Of a stretch of 64,000 nucleotides of DNA, positions 1 through 12,301 are shown piece after piece. The position numbers were made by a program, and so were the translations under genes. The DNA is taken from assembly GCA_951406725.2 (NCBI GenBank), contig OX597816.1:156798001-156862000 (forward strand), in the 5' to 3' direction. A model generated the notes under the pieces. The model ran no database searches, had not been told where the DNA came from, and saw nothing but the letters and a program-made list of their open reading frames with translations. Origin of the DNA: Octopus vulgaris (Eukaryota). Position 1 is the first letter of the stretch; every line of letters starts with the position of its first letter.

Positions 1-596
1 AAGGCAGCTATCCAGCCGCGGAAGACGGGACCGAAACCAGCCGCTCTCAGGACTGCCTCCAAGTATCGATGGTCTACCCTATCAAAGGCTTTCGATTGAT
101 CCAAGGTGATCAGGGCCCCACCCATGCCAGGTTCGTTAACTACCCTGTCTATGATGTAGCGCATCAGATGGAGGTTGTCATGGATGCTCCGGCCCGGCAC
201 GGCACACGTTTGTGCGTTGTCGACCAGTTTCTCGATGACAAGCGCCAACCTCTTGGCTAACACCTTTGTCAAAATTTTCAGGTCTGCATTGAGCAGCGTG
301 ATTGGTCTAAAGTTATCTATAATGTTTCCCTTGTTTGGATCTTTCTTCAGCAGAGTTACAGCTCCTCGACTCACAAAACCGGGTATGCTCCCGTTTTGCT
401 GCCAGTTGCAGTATACCGCTGCCAAGACGTCTCCAAACAAGTCTGGCATACAATTGTAAAACTCGTAGGGTAGACCATCCAAACCCGGTGATTCGTCCCT
501 CGAGCATTCTGCTATCGCTTCCTGCACTTCCGCCGCCGTGATGGCACCTTCGCAGCACCCTGCCTTTCTTGTCGAGAGTCGTGGCAGGCTATGTAG
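1..596 (-). mobile_element. Tx1/L1-clade non-LTR retrotransposon, 5'-truncated RT-region fragment running off the left edge
   Basis: Manual minus-strand translation gives SPGLDGLPYEFY, NFRPITLLNADLKILTKVLAKRL, QTCAVPGRSIHDNL and LDQSKAFDRVDH, which are L1/Tx1 RT motifs. Not in the ORF track. Confidence 0.9.
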
Positions 597-780
<184 letters not shown>

Positions 781-804
781 TTCGTATGTACCAATGTAAT
801 ATTA

Positions 805-995
805 GTTTCAAATTTTGACACAAGGCCATCCATTATGGGGGAGTAAGTGAGGTGATTACATCGACTCAAATGCTGAAATGGTACTTGTTTTATCAACCCC
901 GAAAGGCAAATTCAACCTCGGCGGAACGAAATGACAGATGAAATACAACTGATTCTTTTTGCCTGGCGTGTTTATTATTGTGCCAATTCTCAGCC
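805..995 (-). mobile_element. Degraded tRNA-like SINE, family B
   Basis: Reverse complement resembles the SINE at 34848 (gtacttgttttatcaaccccgaaagg, cctcggcggaa) with a ggccttgtgtcaaaatttgaaa tail. Confidence 0.6.
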
Positions 996-2594
996 ATATG
1001 TGTCAAAGTAATATTGACAGGATCGCTCTACACTGAGCTACATATGCCTGGCGCTGTTCGGCGACAAACGAAGAAAAAATAACTGTTTTCGAACGACTCC
1101 AATGCGCGGAAGGACTCCGACACTCTACTTGGAAATCCGTAATCGGTTACCTGATATAAGAGCCTGCAGCTCGGACAACATGTTTTATACAACTGCAACT
1201 CTACAAGAGTTACATCCTCACATTACTAATGGTGTCTTTTAATTTGCAGGTATATGCGTGATTAACTGGAAGATTTTATGAAATAACCTTTGAACAATCC
1301 CATTATAAAGCTGACAAATGTATATTTGAACTCTAAGACAGATCTCTTCTCATTCCAAAATCTCTGACACGATTTTACAGGTTAAATAGAGATGCCGTGG
1401 AGAATAATTAAATAATTACGCCTATAGTTCACACTCACACCTTTGTTATATCTTATGCTATGTTTAATTCGGGCTGTGAAATGACATTACGTTTGCACGC
1501 GTCTCTGAGGGTAATTACCGATACGATAGTACAGTCAATCGAACTACTGCATGCTCGCACTCGAAAGCGACGGAGGATTTATTAACCTTGGCCGTACAAC
1601 TGCAAAGTTAGAACTCTCTTTGGGGGTATTGTACAGTTATTGTAAGCAAAAATGTCAGTCGGTTACACTCCACTCATACGTAATAAAGCAGACCTATTAT
1701 GGTGAACACCATGTCATTTTAATTTATATTGGTAAACAATATCCTTTTGTTCATGCTGAGTCTAAGATTGAAAGGTGTGGTTTTAGCGATATTTGCTGCT
1801 ATTTCTAACAGAGTGATTAAACTCATAGAGACTCTTTTGTTATCACTAGTAATAAATGTCATTAGTTTTTGGTCCTGCATCATACAATTAAGACCAGTGC
1901 AGAGTAAGTCGCTTTTAATATCCGTTCGTCTGAATTATGGGATATGAATAACAAAAGCGTGAACAGTCGCCACCAATCAGTTATGTCTTTATATTGTACA
2001 TTATAGTGGTATTAATCACTTTATTAGCTATCTTAGTAAATTAAATAAGCGCCAAACATTGCTAAAAATAATCAATTTATACATACATACATTGATACAC
2101 ACACGCACACATGTGCTAAAAATGCGAATGTTTTTTAATATTCCAATGAATGATTATGACAATGCTAATGGTCATTTGAACATTTAATACAACTGACTAT
2201 ATAAATGATAATAAATAGATTTCAGCAGCTAACGACAAATATTAATGTTATATTCAAAGTATTAATTAATCACAGTAAATATGACATTTATTTCAGTGTT
2301 GCGAGAGGAAACGATGATAAAACTTCTGTTGAAGCAGCTGGCTGTATCTGATGCAAAATCATTCATGATGTATATGAGACGTATGTAATGTAGTTGGAAG
2401 AACATGAATATTTTAAAATTATGTTGAAATTCTATACTATAAAAAAACCATTAATCTGAACTTCGCAATGGTGCAGATGGTGGCATTCCGTCGGTTACGA
2501 CGACGAGGGTTCCAGTTGATCCGATCAACGGAACAGCCTGCTCGTGAAATAAATGTGCAAGTGGCTGAGCACTCCACAGACACGTGTACCTATA

Positions 2595-2956
2595 TATACG
2601 GGAAATAAGAAAACGGAGCGGATATAAAATCGAACAGACTTCAGCCAGTGAAAACATTCAAGTATGTCTATTTATTCAATAGTAAAGGATAAATACACTC
2701 ACATGTATGAGGTATACAGATTAGCGAGTGGAAACAGCTGGTAACTGCATAGACAAGTGTGTGAATACATATAAGTATATAAAAGCAAATGAGCAACTGA
2801 GCAAATGAGTTACCAGCTTTTTCCACTCGCTAATCTGTATAACTCATGCATGTGAATGTATTCATACTTTACAATTGAATAGATAGACATACTTGAATGT
2901 TTACTGGCTGATGTCTCTCCACTATATATCCTCTTCGTTTTCATATTTGCCGTATA
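2595..2956. mobile_element. MITE-like foldback element with ~150-bp imperfect inverted arms
   Basis: 2595-2746 is the reverse complement of 2808-2956 (aacattcaagtatgtctat / atagacatacttgaatgtt; atacagattagcgagtggaaa / tttccactcgctaatctgtat); TA at both ends. Confidence 0.7.
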
Positions 2957-3126
2957 AATCATGCGTAAATCACTCTTTTACCCCCGCCCAGATATAATAC
3001 TCAATTGCGAGATTGCCATTCAATAACTAGCACTTGACTAACTATGAATAATTGGGTACACTACCAGCAGTATATTACATAGGTACTATCCCTTAATCGG
3101 TTTATCAATATCGAACTCACAGAGAA

Positions 3127-3179
<53 letters not shown>

Positions 3180-3189
3180 TGTATATATA

Positions 3190-3420
3190 CTGGAGACTGT
3201 TTTAGCTGAAGACTGGACAAAAATTCCTTTAGAAACAATTCAAACTTTGTACGAGTCCATACCCCGTAGAATTTAAGCTGTATTTACTGCCAAAGGCGGT
3301 CCTGCCGTATATCAAAATAAAGTGGTTTGAAATTTTAAGGTGTTTCCATCTTCTCCAACCTCTGTACATATATATATATATATATATTTTAAGGTGTTTC
3401 CATCTTCTCCAACCTCTGTA
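3190..3420 (+). mobile_element. Tc1-family transposon 3' remnant with a duplicated terminus
   Basis: Translates to LETVLAEDWTKIPLETIQTLYESIPRRI*AVFTAKGGPAVY, the Tc1 transposase C-terminus; ends ccaacctctg|TA at 3364; the last ~35 bp recur at 3386-3420. Confidence 0.75.
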
Positions 3421-3421
3421 C

Positions 3422-3460
<39 letters not shown>

Positions 3461-3495
3461 TGTGTGTGTGTGTGTGTGTGCGTATGTGTGTGTGC

Positions 3496-3544
<49 letters not shown>

Positions 3545-6210
3545 GATATGACTGATTTCCATGTAGCTTATGTTTGCGAAAAAATTCACTCACTAGTCCT
3601 TTACTAGTTTGGATCTCTAGTATAAGGCATTTACCCAATGTCCCGTACATGCATTTCCAAATCGATTACCTTTTCATATCTTTAATATATTTCCCTTGTC
3701 TATGAGAGTTTCTAACAGTTTCTAACTACTTGCTTTCTACTCTAACTAGGAAGAAACTTTTCATATATATAACCTTTATCGCCAGCTCAGTCTAATAAAC
3801 AATTCATCCCATTTGCTTACATAACTTATTTCCCTTACTTCACTTTTTTGTAAATATATAAAGACTGAAGTAGCTAGATTCGGAAAGTCATTTCTTGAGA
3901 AGAACAATTGGATGATTTATTCTTATGTCCAGTGACCCTATTGAAAATGTCAGAAATCAAGAACTCCATATTTTTAGCTACGCTAGTCTATAATATTTGA
4001 TCATTATAAGGATGTCATTTTCTTGTTTCTTTCAGTTTATCGGTTTCTTTTTGTATGTATTTCTTGTTTCAGACTCGTTTAGTTATTTATATGTATCTTG
4101 TAATAAAGATGTGATGAGATGAGAAGGTCGATGAATAGCAAAAAGAATAGAGTGCTGAGATAAATGACTTTTGATATTTCGTTCATTCAATTTACATTAA
4201 AAGTTCAACCCGGCCTGGAGTTAACTTTGTCTTACAATTTCTGGATACAGAAGAATGATGATGAAAAAATAGATTCTAATTTTGGCACAAAGCAAGCTGA
4301 TATTTTTCGGTTGGGTGGGGCTTAGTGGATAACATCTATCCCCAGTGCTTGACTGATGCTAACTTTATAGATCCACAAGGAGAAAACCAAAGCTAATTCT
4401 GGATGTAATTCAAGTCAGGACGTAAATATCCGGAAGAAATACCTTAATGTATTTCGTTTGATATTCTGATGCGTCTTCCAATCCATCGGCCTTAATAATA
4501 ATTATGATTTATTATTTAGATGCGAGGTCAGCAAGTTTCAGGTGAGTGGTTTCACGATAACACTGACCCACTACACTTTACTAACACTTGAGGGATCAAA
4601 GGCAATTTCGAACCCATATTTGTTTTCAAAGATAAAAGTCCCGGAAGAAATTTCCCAAATATTTTGGTTCGACTTTCTGTCACTTCTGGCAATCTAACAC
4701 ACTTCATAATACTACTAATAATATGTAATAAGGGCACAGAGATACAACTTTAGATATGTGTAATTGCTAATAAATTCCATACCAGTAATTTAGCAAAATT
4801 TCGTTTTAGCGGTATGGGAAAGATGAAAAGCAAAATCACTTTGGTGAAATTCAAACTCTGAATATTTTGAGCAGGGCATAATACTGGAAAGTAGTTTACC
4901 CACCGCTCTTCCGATTCTAACAATCTACCCGCATATAGTAATTCCGAATTTGATGCTATTTCAGTCGCTGCATCTACTGATTCTATTCTTGTCTCTTTAT
5001 CAATGGCTCTTGGCGCAGTAATAGATGTTGCTGCTGTTGGTGGTATTATCTCTTTTGCTGATGGTATTGGGGCAGATGTTGTTACTCCTTTTTGCACACG
5101 TTGCTGATGTGTTGTTTTACATGATTGTCGTTGCAGTGTTGATGTCACCTACAGGAGGTATTTTTTATTGTTGGCTATGTAGGAAGAAATCTGTTAGAAA
5201 TATGTTGGCTATGTGGGAAGAAATCTGTACTTTATAAGGGGCACCGGGCCTTGTGCTCGTCACAATGTTTCGCAGCATCACACTATTCGGCAAGGATTAT
5301 ATCTGGTTTCCTTTCTATTTGCTCCTGCTGAACATGGAGAAGAGCTTCCAGTGTGATTCCAGAACATTCCTCCTGCCTCGACCGCTCACAACCGAGAAGT
5401 ATCGTACCCTTTTTTGAAAACTAGCTCGAATCCATCAGAGATCCAACTGGGAGAATCATCAGAACACTTAACATGACAGTTTGTCTACAATATGAGAGGA
5501 ATACACCATTCTCTCAGTTCCAGTAGGGGAGGGTGCATTATTCTTAAATAGGAATTCGACCTGAAATGTTTTACGCTGGATAAGGACTGGATGTCTTTCT
5601 AAAACTTATGGTGAGCGATCTGCTTGTAATTCACTTGTTTGTAATTCACTGTTTCCAGACTACGACATTTTATTGACAGATATTGATGTAAACTGTCTTT
5701 CCTCCAGCTGCAGCTGGAATTTTTGGTGGCATACTACACACTTTGGTCCTGGCAGTAATGATGTATTTGAAAAATGAATTAAGATGTCGTTGCTAATAAA
5801 TTTGAGGTCGGCAAGAAATATCTGTTACTAACTTCTTCACACATCCTATTAGCGTGCGTATGTGTTGTGTGGACGCCCCAGACGATGAAGTAGGCTAGCC
5901 CAATAGGAAAATATAGAGGGAGAAGCCTAGACGTCAGAAGAGCAGGAGCAGGAGCAAAGTGAAGTGGAGTAGCGGTCATCCGAACGTGCGGCATAATAGT
6001 ATGTTTATGTAACGCCTTGACTTTAAACCTAAAAAGAGATAAGATTTAAAAATTTGAAAAGAAAAATCCTATGGAATTACATTTGCTCTGCCTCATCCTT
6101 TATACTGTGCAGTACTGATGACACAAAAAACATCTTAAACAAATAATAAAAAAAATAGTAGGAGACGCAATGAATGAGATTCAAAATAAACCAACGATAA
6201 TAATAATAAG

Positions 6211-6562
6211 GATTTCAAATTTTAGCACAAGGCCAGCAATTTGGGAGTAGGAGATGAGCCGAAAGGATGAAAGGTAAAGTCGACCTCGGTGGAATTTGAA
6301 CCCAGAACGTTAACACGGACGAAATACCTATTTCTTTACTACCCACAAGGGGCTAAACACAGAGAGAACAAACAAGGACAGACAAACGGATTAAGTCGAT
6401 TATATCGACCCCAGTGCGTAACTAGTACTTAGTTAATCGACCCCGAAAGGATGAAAGGTAAAGTCGACCTCGGCGGAATTTGAACGCAGAACGTTCACAC
6501 GGACGAAATGCCGTCAAGCATTTTGCCGGGCGTGCTAACCTTTTCTGCCAGCTCGCCGCCTT
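6211..6562 (-). mobile_element. Nested or dimeric family-B SINEs: full copy 6328-6562 plus a partial copy with a different tail 6211-6327
   Basis: Two copies of ccgaaaggatgaaaggtaaagtcgacctcgg-ggaatttgaac; the full copy matches the reverse complement of 34848-35082. Confidence 0.85.
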
Positions 6563-7320
6563 AAAGAAAAATCGTCTCCACGCAGAGGGACTTGAACAAG
6601 CGACCCTCAGATTTCATTGCTTGACAGTTCTTAAAAGTCTCATGATCTGTCGACTGAACTATGAGGGCTGACTTGACCGATACTTTATTTATTAAACCCC
6701 AAACCAGGACAGGCAAACCTGCCCTTGATGACATTTGGGCTCACATTAAATAAATACAAACTGCTTTGTTCGACGTTCTCATGGTTAATAATTGGACTAT
6801 TTTCTTACAGCAGATTTAAAGTCACATTTTTGTGGAGACGAGGGGACTGATCGTCGATTAAATTCAACCTATGATATCTCGTAGTTTTTAAATGTAAAAC
6901 TACTAAACGGTGCAGTGATCTAACGATTAGGCTTTTCTAAATTCTCTCGTTTTACTGTTAATAATAATAGCAATTATTGATAATAGTAAATTAATAAAAC
7001 ATAAATATATATTGATGAACATTAAATAATTAATGTTCTTAATATATTTTATTAAAATATGCTCATAGAATATTATTAACATATGAAAGAGTTAAAATAT
7101 TAAGCAGGATATATTAGATGTGAAAATAACCTGAAATAAATAAATGAAATGCCATCTATTTATATCCTTATTCTTTTCCAATCACTTTCTTTCTATCTGT
7201 CTCTCTTTACCGTTTCTTTCTCTTAGCATCCTATCTAATTAATTGACAATATCGATAATGTAAACCAAAATTTAGAGACGTAATTACCAACATTCTTATA
7301 TTTTTTATGATTATTTACGT

Positions 7321-7933
7321 CAGTCTCTCTCAGCCGGAGTCCATATTAACACTTTGGCGTCCCCAAAGTCCATCTCCTCCTCACCGTGGTAGGAACGCTG
7401 GTAGTGTCAGAGCTATGCCGTCGGGAACTTCGGTTCCTTGTAGGGCCACCCAAGGCGGATTGGTCTGACACCGAGTGGTATTAGGGCCACAACCCGGCAG
7501 ACGAGGCTCTGGTGGAAAACCTCGGAGTGTGTGTTTCGGCTCCTCGGTCGTTCTGTCCCTGCGTCTGCGGACAATCTCCGGCAAAAAAAATATATATATA
7601 TGCGGGATTGTTGGGGACCGCTTGTGAAATCCACTTATTCCCACGAAACTTCTTCCAAGGAAGAAGCCGACTCAACCCGCCCAGGGTGAATGTCACCACA
7701 AGTACCAAGTAAGTATATTAACATTTGGGGTTCCATGTAAGGTTTTGTTGTTAAAATTTATCTGCCTCAAATTGGTTATACTTCTAAAATAGACAAATAT
7801 GTTCATTTCCTTAACTTTCTAATAACATTTAATTATTATAGGAGACTTTAAATATCAAAAGTCTCTGCTGGTTCAGCAGAGTAAATCAGAGCGCAATAGG
7901 GTCGATACGTAAAAAAATAGTTAAGAAACACTG
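7321..7933. mobile_element. Putative non-autonomous hAT-like DNA element interrupted by a retroposon
   Basis: Left end cagtctctctca and right end taagaaacactg (rc cagtgtttctta) are hAT-like TIRs; 8-bp flanks atttacgt / atttagac match at 5 of 8 positions. Confidence 0.4.
7352..7714 (+). mobile_element. GC-rich non-autonomous retroposon with an RTE-like 5' UTR and a 9-bp TSD
   Basis: ATATTAACA at 7343-7351 and 7715-7723; (AAGT) tail; gagctatgcc...gtagggccacccaaggcgga resembles RTE 5' UTRs (from recall). Confidence 0.6.
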
Positions 7934-8541
7934 ATTTAGACTATTCTATGTTTTAAGTCATTCACGATTTCAAAGATAAGAGGTTTAAGATAAATATAGC
8001 CACTGTTTGTAGCTCTTCCGCTGGTTTCACAAAATTTCAATTGTATATCAAGATATATCTTTATCTACCTACATATCCAACTCTTTCAGTATCCTCTCCC
8101 TCTACGTCGTTCTGTCTCTATATTTCTCAACGTACACAGAAATATATATTTACTCACAAACACGCTTAGACACCCATATGCAAGCGTTGATATTATCAAA
8201 TGTGGCTTAAAAAGTTACAGAAGCTTAGCGAGTGTGATGCCTCTGGATTGAGTCTCTACTGTCGATATAATTGTTCATAAAACCGTACAAAAGTTGGCAA
8301 CTTACTTATCTTATCGCCAATTTTAATCAACCAGAATATAACATTTTCCGCTCTTTACCTCACGCTACATTCCACTCAGATGCAAAATAATAGAAACAAT
8401 AAATAAATAAGTAAAAACGGGAAAAAAATAAAAAACAAAGAAACTTGCAATCTTATTCGTTTTGCTACATACGTCATTGATTGTCAGAAAAACGCTGTCT
8501 GAAATTCGAGACGATGCTAATTAAAACTTGAAGTATTAGCA

Positions 8542-8542
<1 letters not shown>

Positions 8543-8640
<98 letters not shown>

Positions 8641-8645
8641 AGTAA

Positions 8646-8688
<43 letters not shown>

Positions 8689-8712
8689 TATATAAATATA
8701 TATTTAGGTATA

Positions 8713-8786
<74 letters not shown>

Positions 8787-8907
8787 GAAGAAGAGGATTG
8801 AATATATAATATATAAATATGAAGAGAGCAGGGGAAAAAAGAGAGACATATTGTGCATTTCTATCTATTTAATCTATCTCTCTCAGTCTCTATCTCTATC
8901 TATCTAT

Positions 8908-8961
<54 letters not shown>
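8543..8961. repeat. (ACT)n/(GCT)n, (TA)n and (GA)n microsatellite cluster
   Basis: Seen directly. Confidence 0.95.
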
Positions 8962-8965
<4 letters not shown>

Positions 8966-9339
8966 TAGAGTGTGTGTATTAGAAAAGCAAAATTTAATAA
9001 ATATCTCAATTAGTTTAAATAACTATAGCGACAACGTTTCGAATATATCGAAACATTGTCTCTGAGGGAGACAAGGCCAAAAGTCGGCGCACAGTAGGTG
9101 GTCTTATATATTCAATCTATTCTGAATGTTGGTGTTATATATTAGAAGTTATTGAGGCGTTTCGAACACGCCTCCGCAAACTAATTACATAGGATGTATA
9201 TTCGATTCTGTGTAAAAGTGAGTTCGCTCTAATTATAAGTTAGTGCCATTGAGAAGGCCAATATCATAGAAATCCACATTGGTTTAAATAAAGTTTTATT
9301 TATGTAATCTGTGTATAGTGGATATACATGCATATAAAT

Positions 9340-9530
9340 GTATACATTAATATATATATGTATATATATATATATATATACATTAATATATATATATATA
9401 CATATATATATATTTTTTTATATATACGTATATATATATATATATATATATATGAATATATATATTTATATATATATACGTATATATATATATATGTGAA
9501 TATATATATATATACGTATATATATATATA

Positions 9531-9625
<95 letters not shown>

Positions 9626-9766
9626 AAATTAGAGGTAAAACCACTATTAGGCAAATCAAACAGTGAAAATCATAAACCAATACATAGAAATAAAATGAAT
9701 TAATAAAAAATATAAATATAAAATTCAAAATTTAAGATATTTAAATTAAAGATAAAATAAAAAAAT

Positions 9767-9835
<69 letters not shown>
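9340..9835. repeat. Long (TA)n tracts with an AT-rich spacer
   Basis: Seen directly. Confidence 0.9.
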
Positions 9836-9840
<5 letters not shown>

Positions 9841-9847
9841 GTTCCAC

Positions 9848-9939
9848 ATATTAGAGGAGGTCCTTCATAATAACAGTGTAGCACAAAACGGCGCTGCATC
9901 GGCATGGCCGCAGCACTGAGCTAAGACAAGAAAAAAAAA
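9848..9939 (+). mobile_element. ~90-bp 5'-truncated 3' end of the CR1-group LINE family at 12298-13234
   Basis: catattagaggaggtccttcataataacagtgtagcacaaaacggcgctgcatcggcatggccgcag matches 13141-13207; A-rich tail. Confidence 0.85.
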
Positions 9940-9950
9940 CTATACATATA

Positions 9951-10114
9951 GGCGCAGGAGTGGCTGTGTGGTAAGTAGCTTGCTAACCAACCACATGGTT
10001 CCGGGTTCAGTCCCACTGCGTGGCATCTTGGACAAGTGTCTTCTTCTATAGCCCCGGGCCGACCAATGCCTTGTGAGTGGATGTCGTAGACGGAAACTGA
10101 AAGAAGCCTGTCGC

Positions 10115-10180
<66 letters not shown>

Positions 10181-10388
10181 TTGTGTGTTGTGTTTGTCCC
10201 CCTAGCATTGCTTGACAACCGATGCTGGTGTGTTTACGTCCTGTCACCTAGCGGTTCAGCAAAAGAGACCGATAGCATAAGTACTGGGCTTACAAAGAAT
10301 AAGTCCCGGGGTCGATTTGCTCGACTAAAGGCGGTGCTCCAGCATGGCCGCAGTCAAATGAATGAAACAAGTAAAGAGTAAAAGAGTA
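9951..10388 (+). mobile_element. tRNA-derived SINE, family A, with an internal (TA)n(TG)n microsatellite
   Basis: A-box-like tggctgtgtggt, B-box-like ggttcagtccc, CORE-like cttggacaagtgtctt; copies at 22161, 27957, 58300 (minus) and 61667. Confidence 0.9.
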
Positions 10389-10407
10389 TATATATATGAA
10401 TATATAT

Positions 10408-10473
<66 letters not shown>

Positions 10474-10476
10474 TTA

Positions 10477-10509
<33 letters not shown>

Positions 10510-10631
10510 AGCGGGCATTATTACACATACATGCCACACGCTAAGAGGGACATTAGTCATTTCTACAAAAGAATTTTACTAATCATACCCAATGCAATTT
10601 TTTCAAAGCCAGACATTTAAAAAATGAATTT

Positions 10632-10693
10632 AGTCTTGTATCACCTGTGATTTCGTACTTACCGCAGTTGCGACCGTACTCATCAGCAAGACT
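10632..10693 (-). ncRNA. Type I hammerhead ribozyme
   Basis: Exact reverse complement of the motif at 11108-11169. Confidence 0.9.
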
Positions 10694-11107
10694 CATTCTG
10701 AACATATCATAAATAAACGACCTCGCACCGTCAAAGCCGAACAGCTATCTGCTCGACTCCAACGAAGCACATGGGGAAGTTTACATATAATACATCCGGT
10801 AAATGGCAGGCTTCTTCGAATTGCATTTCGGATGAGAAAAGTTTTTTCGGAACAAAATTATTTAACAATTAAGGATAACTTCTTAATAAGGAATCTTAAC
10901 AAGAAACTATCAGGTAGATAGCGTGAAAAACCTCATAAGAGAAAAATGTCGAAAATAATTCTTTCTTATTGAACATATTAATTTATATATAGAGGGCATT
11001 ATTACACATACATGCCACACGCTAAGAGGGACATTAGTCATTTCTACCAAAAAATTTTACTAATCATACCCAATGCAAGGTCGTTTATTTATGATATGTT
11101 CAGAATC

Positions 11108-11169
11108 AGTCTTGCTGATGAGTACGGTCGCAACTGCGGTAAGTACGAAATCACAGGTGATACAAGACT
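11108..11169 (+). ncRNA. Type I hammerhead ribozyme
   Basis: AGTCTTG-CTGATGA-GTAC(ggtcgcaactgcggtaa)GTAC-GAAA-TCAC(ag)GTGA-TA-CAAGACT: 7-bp stem I, complete core, stems II and III, AUA cleavage triplet ending at 11162. Confidence 0.9.
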
Positions 11170-12261
11170 AAATTCATTTTTTAAATGTCTGGCTTTGAAA
11201 AAATTGCATTGGGTATGATTAGTAAAACTTTTTGGTAGAAATGACTAATGTCCCTCTTAGCGTGTGGCATGTATGTGTAATAATGCCCTCTATATATAAA
11301 TTAATATGTTCAATAAGAAAGAATTATTTTCGACATTTTTCTCTTATGAGGTTTTTCACGCTATCTACCTGATAGTTTCTTGTTAAGATTCCTTATTAAG
11401 AAGTTATCCTTAATTGTTATATATATATATATATATAGTAATCCATCGCCAGATAGCGGTCCACCTATTGCGGTTTGATTTGTAAGCATATGAAGATGCC
11501 TCCGTGGCGTTGTTTTGCATTCATAATAAAAGAGATATGTATACCTTATAAATATTTCTTTAAATATACAGCACAGTACTTAGCAGATTTTCACCTATCG
11601 CGGGTGTTACGTTTCAGAAACCCCCGCGATAGTCGAGTTCATAAACATATATATATATATCGTCAATTTTGATGGGATCGCACGTGTTGGAGGAAAGGCA
11701 ACATGGAAGGATTGTGGAGAGGTTAAAAAAATAAAGAGTGAAAATAATCATGGTGCTGCTCCAGCATGACCACATCCAACTGGCTGCAACAGTTGTACAA
11801 GACATTCCAGACTGACCACAGCTCAGCCTAGCACCACTCCCAGTAGGAGCCACACAATCTGGATTTTGAGACCTAGAATGCCTAGTGAGTCATCCGGCCG
11901 GCGCACATATTTGCTACATGAGTTGTATAAGAGATCCCGCTGGATAACCCATTAGTAGCTTAAGACACCTCAGTAAACATGCTTGTGGTCGAATAGGCTT
12001 GCCTTTAAGCGCAGTTATAATCGGACAGATCACATGAATGAGATTCTTTCTTGCCCTTCACTGAAAGAGGGGTTTACATCCTCCAGACGTTGCAAGCAGG
12101 TTTCAGCTCAGTGTATGCAAGACTGTTATTTTCATATTTTTTAACCAGAAGAAATTAGGTCCCTATCTTTGTCGGACGATATATATATATATCTATGTGT
12201 GTAGGTATGTATGTATACATGTATGTATGTATGCATGTATGTATGTATGATATATGTGTAA

Positions 12262-12297
<36 letters not shown>

Positions 12298-12301
<4 letters not shown>

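Larger units (their letters stand above)
10511..11419. mobile_element. Hammerhead-bearing non-coding element (retrozyme or non-autonomous Penelope-like): 481-bp unit plus partial repeat, joined to an inverted copy
   Basis: 10992-11078 repeats 10511-10597 (period 481); 11078-11419 is the reverse complement of 10723-10511 continuing into 10991-10863; (TA)n on both flanks. Confidence 0.85.

Noticed and set aside
4750-5237. Thr/Ala-rich 132-aa ORF and a 26-bp tandem duplication
   Set aside because: Low complexity; possibly a decayed ORF1 tail, but no diagnostic motif.
9030-9060. Palindrome gacaacgtttcg-aatatat-cgaaacattgtc resembling two hammerhead 3' halves
   Set aside because: No CTGANGA or stem I partner nearby, so a ribozyme cannot be supported.
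9328-9654. ORFs of poly-IY, HT, YVCM, poly-I/L/S/H here and at 19.8, 22.5, 25.5-26.5, 29-30, 56 and 58-60 kb
   Set aside because: They are translations of microsatellites that lack stop codons; there is no evidence of coding function.
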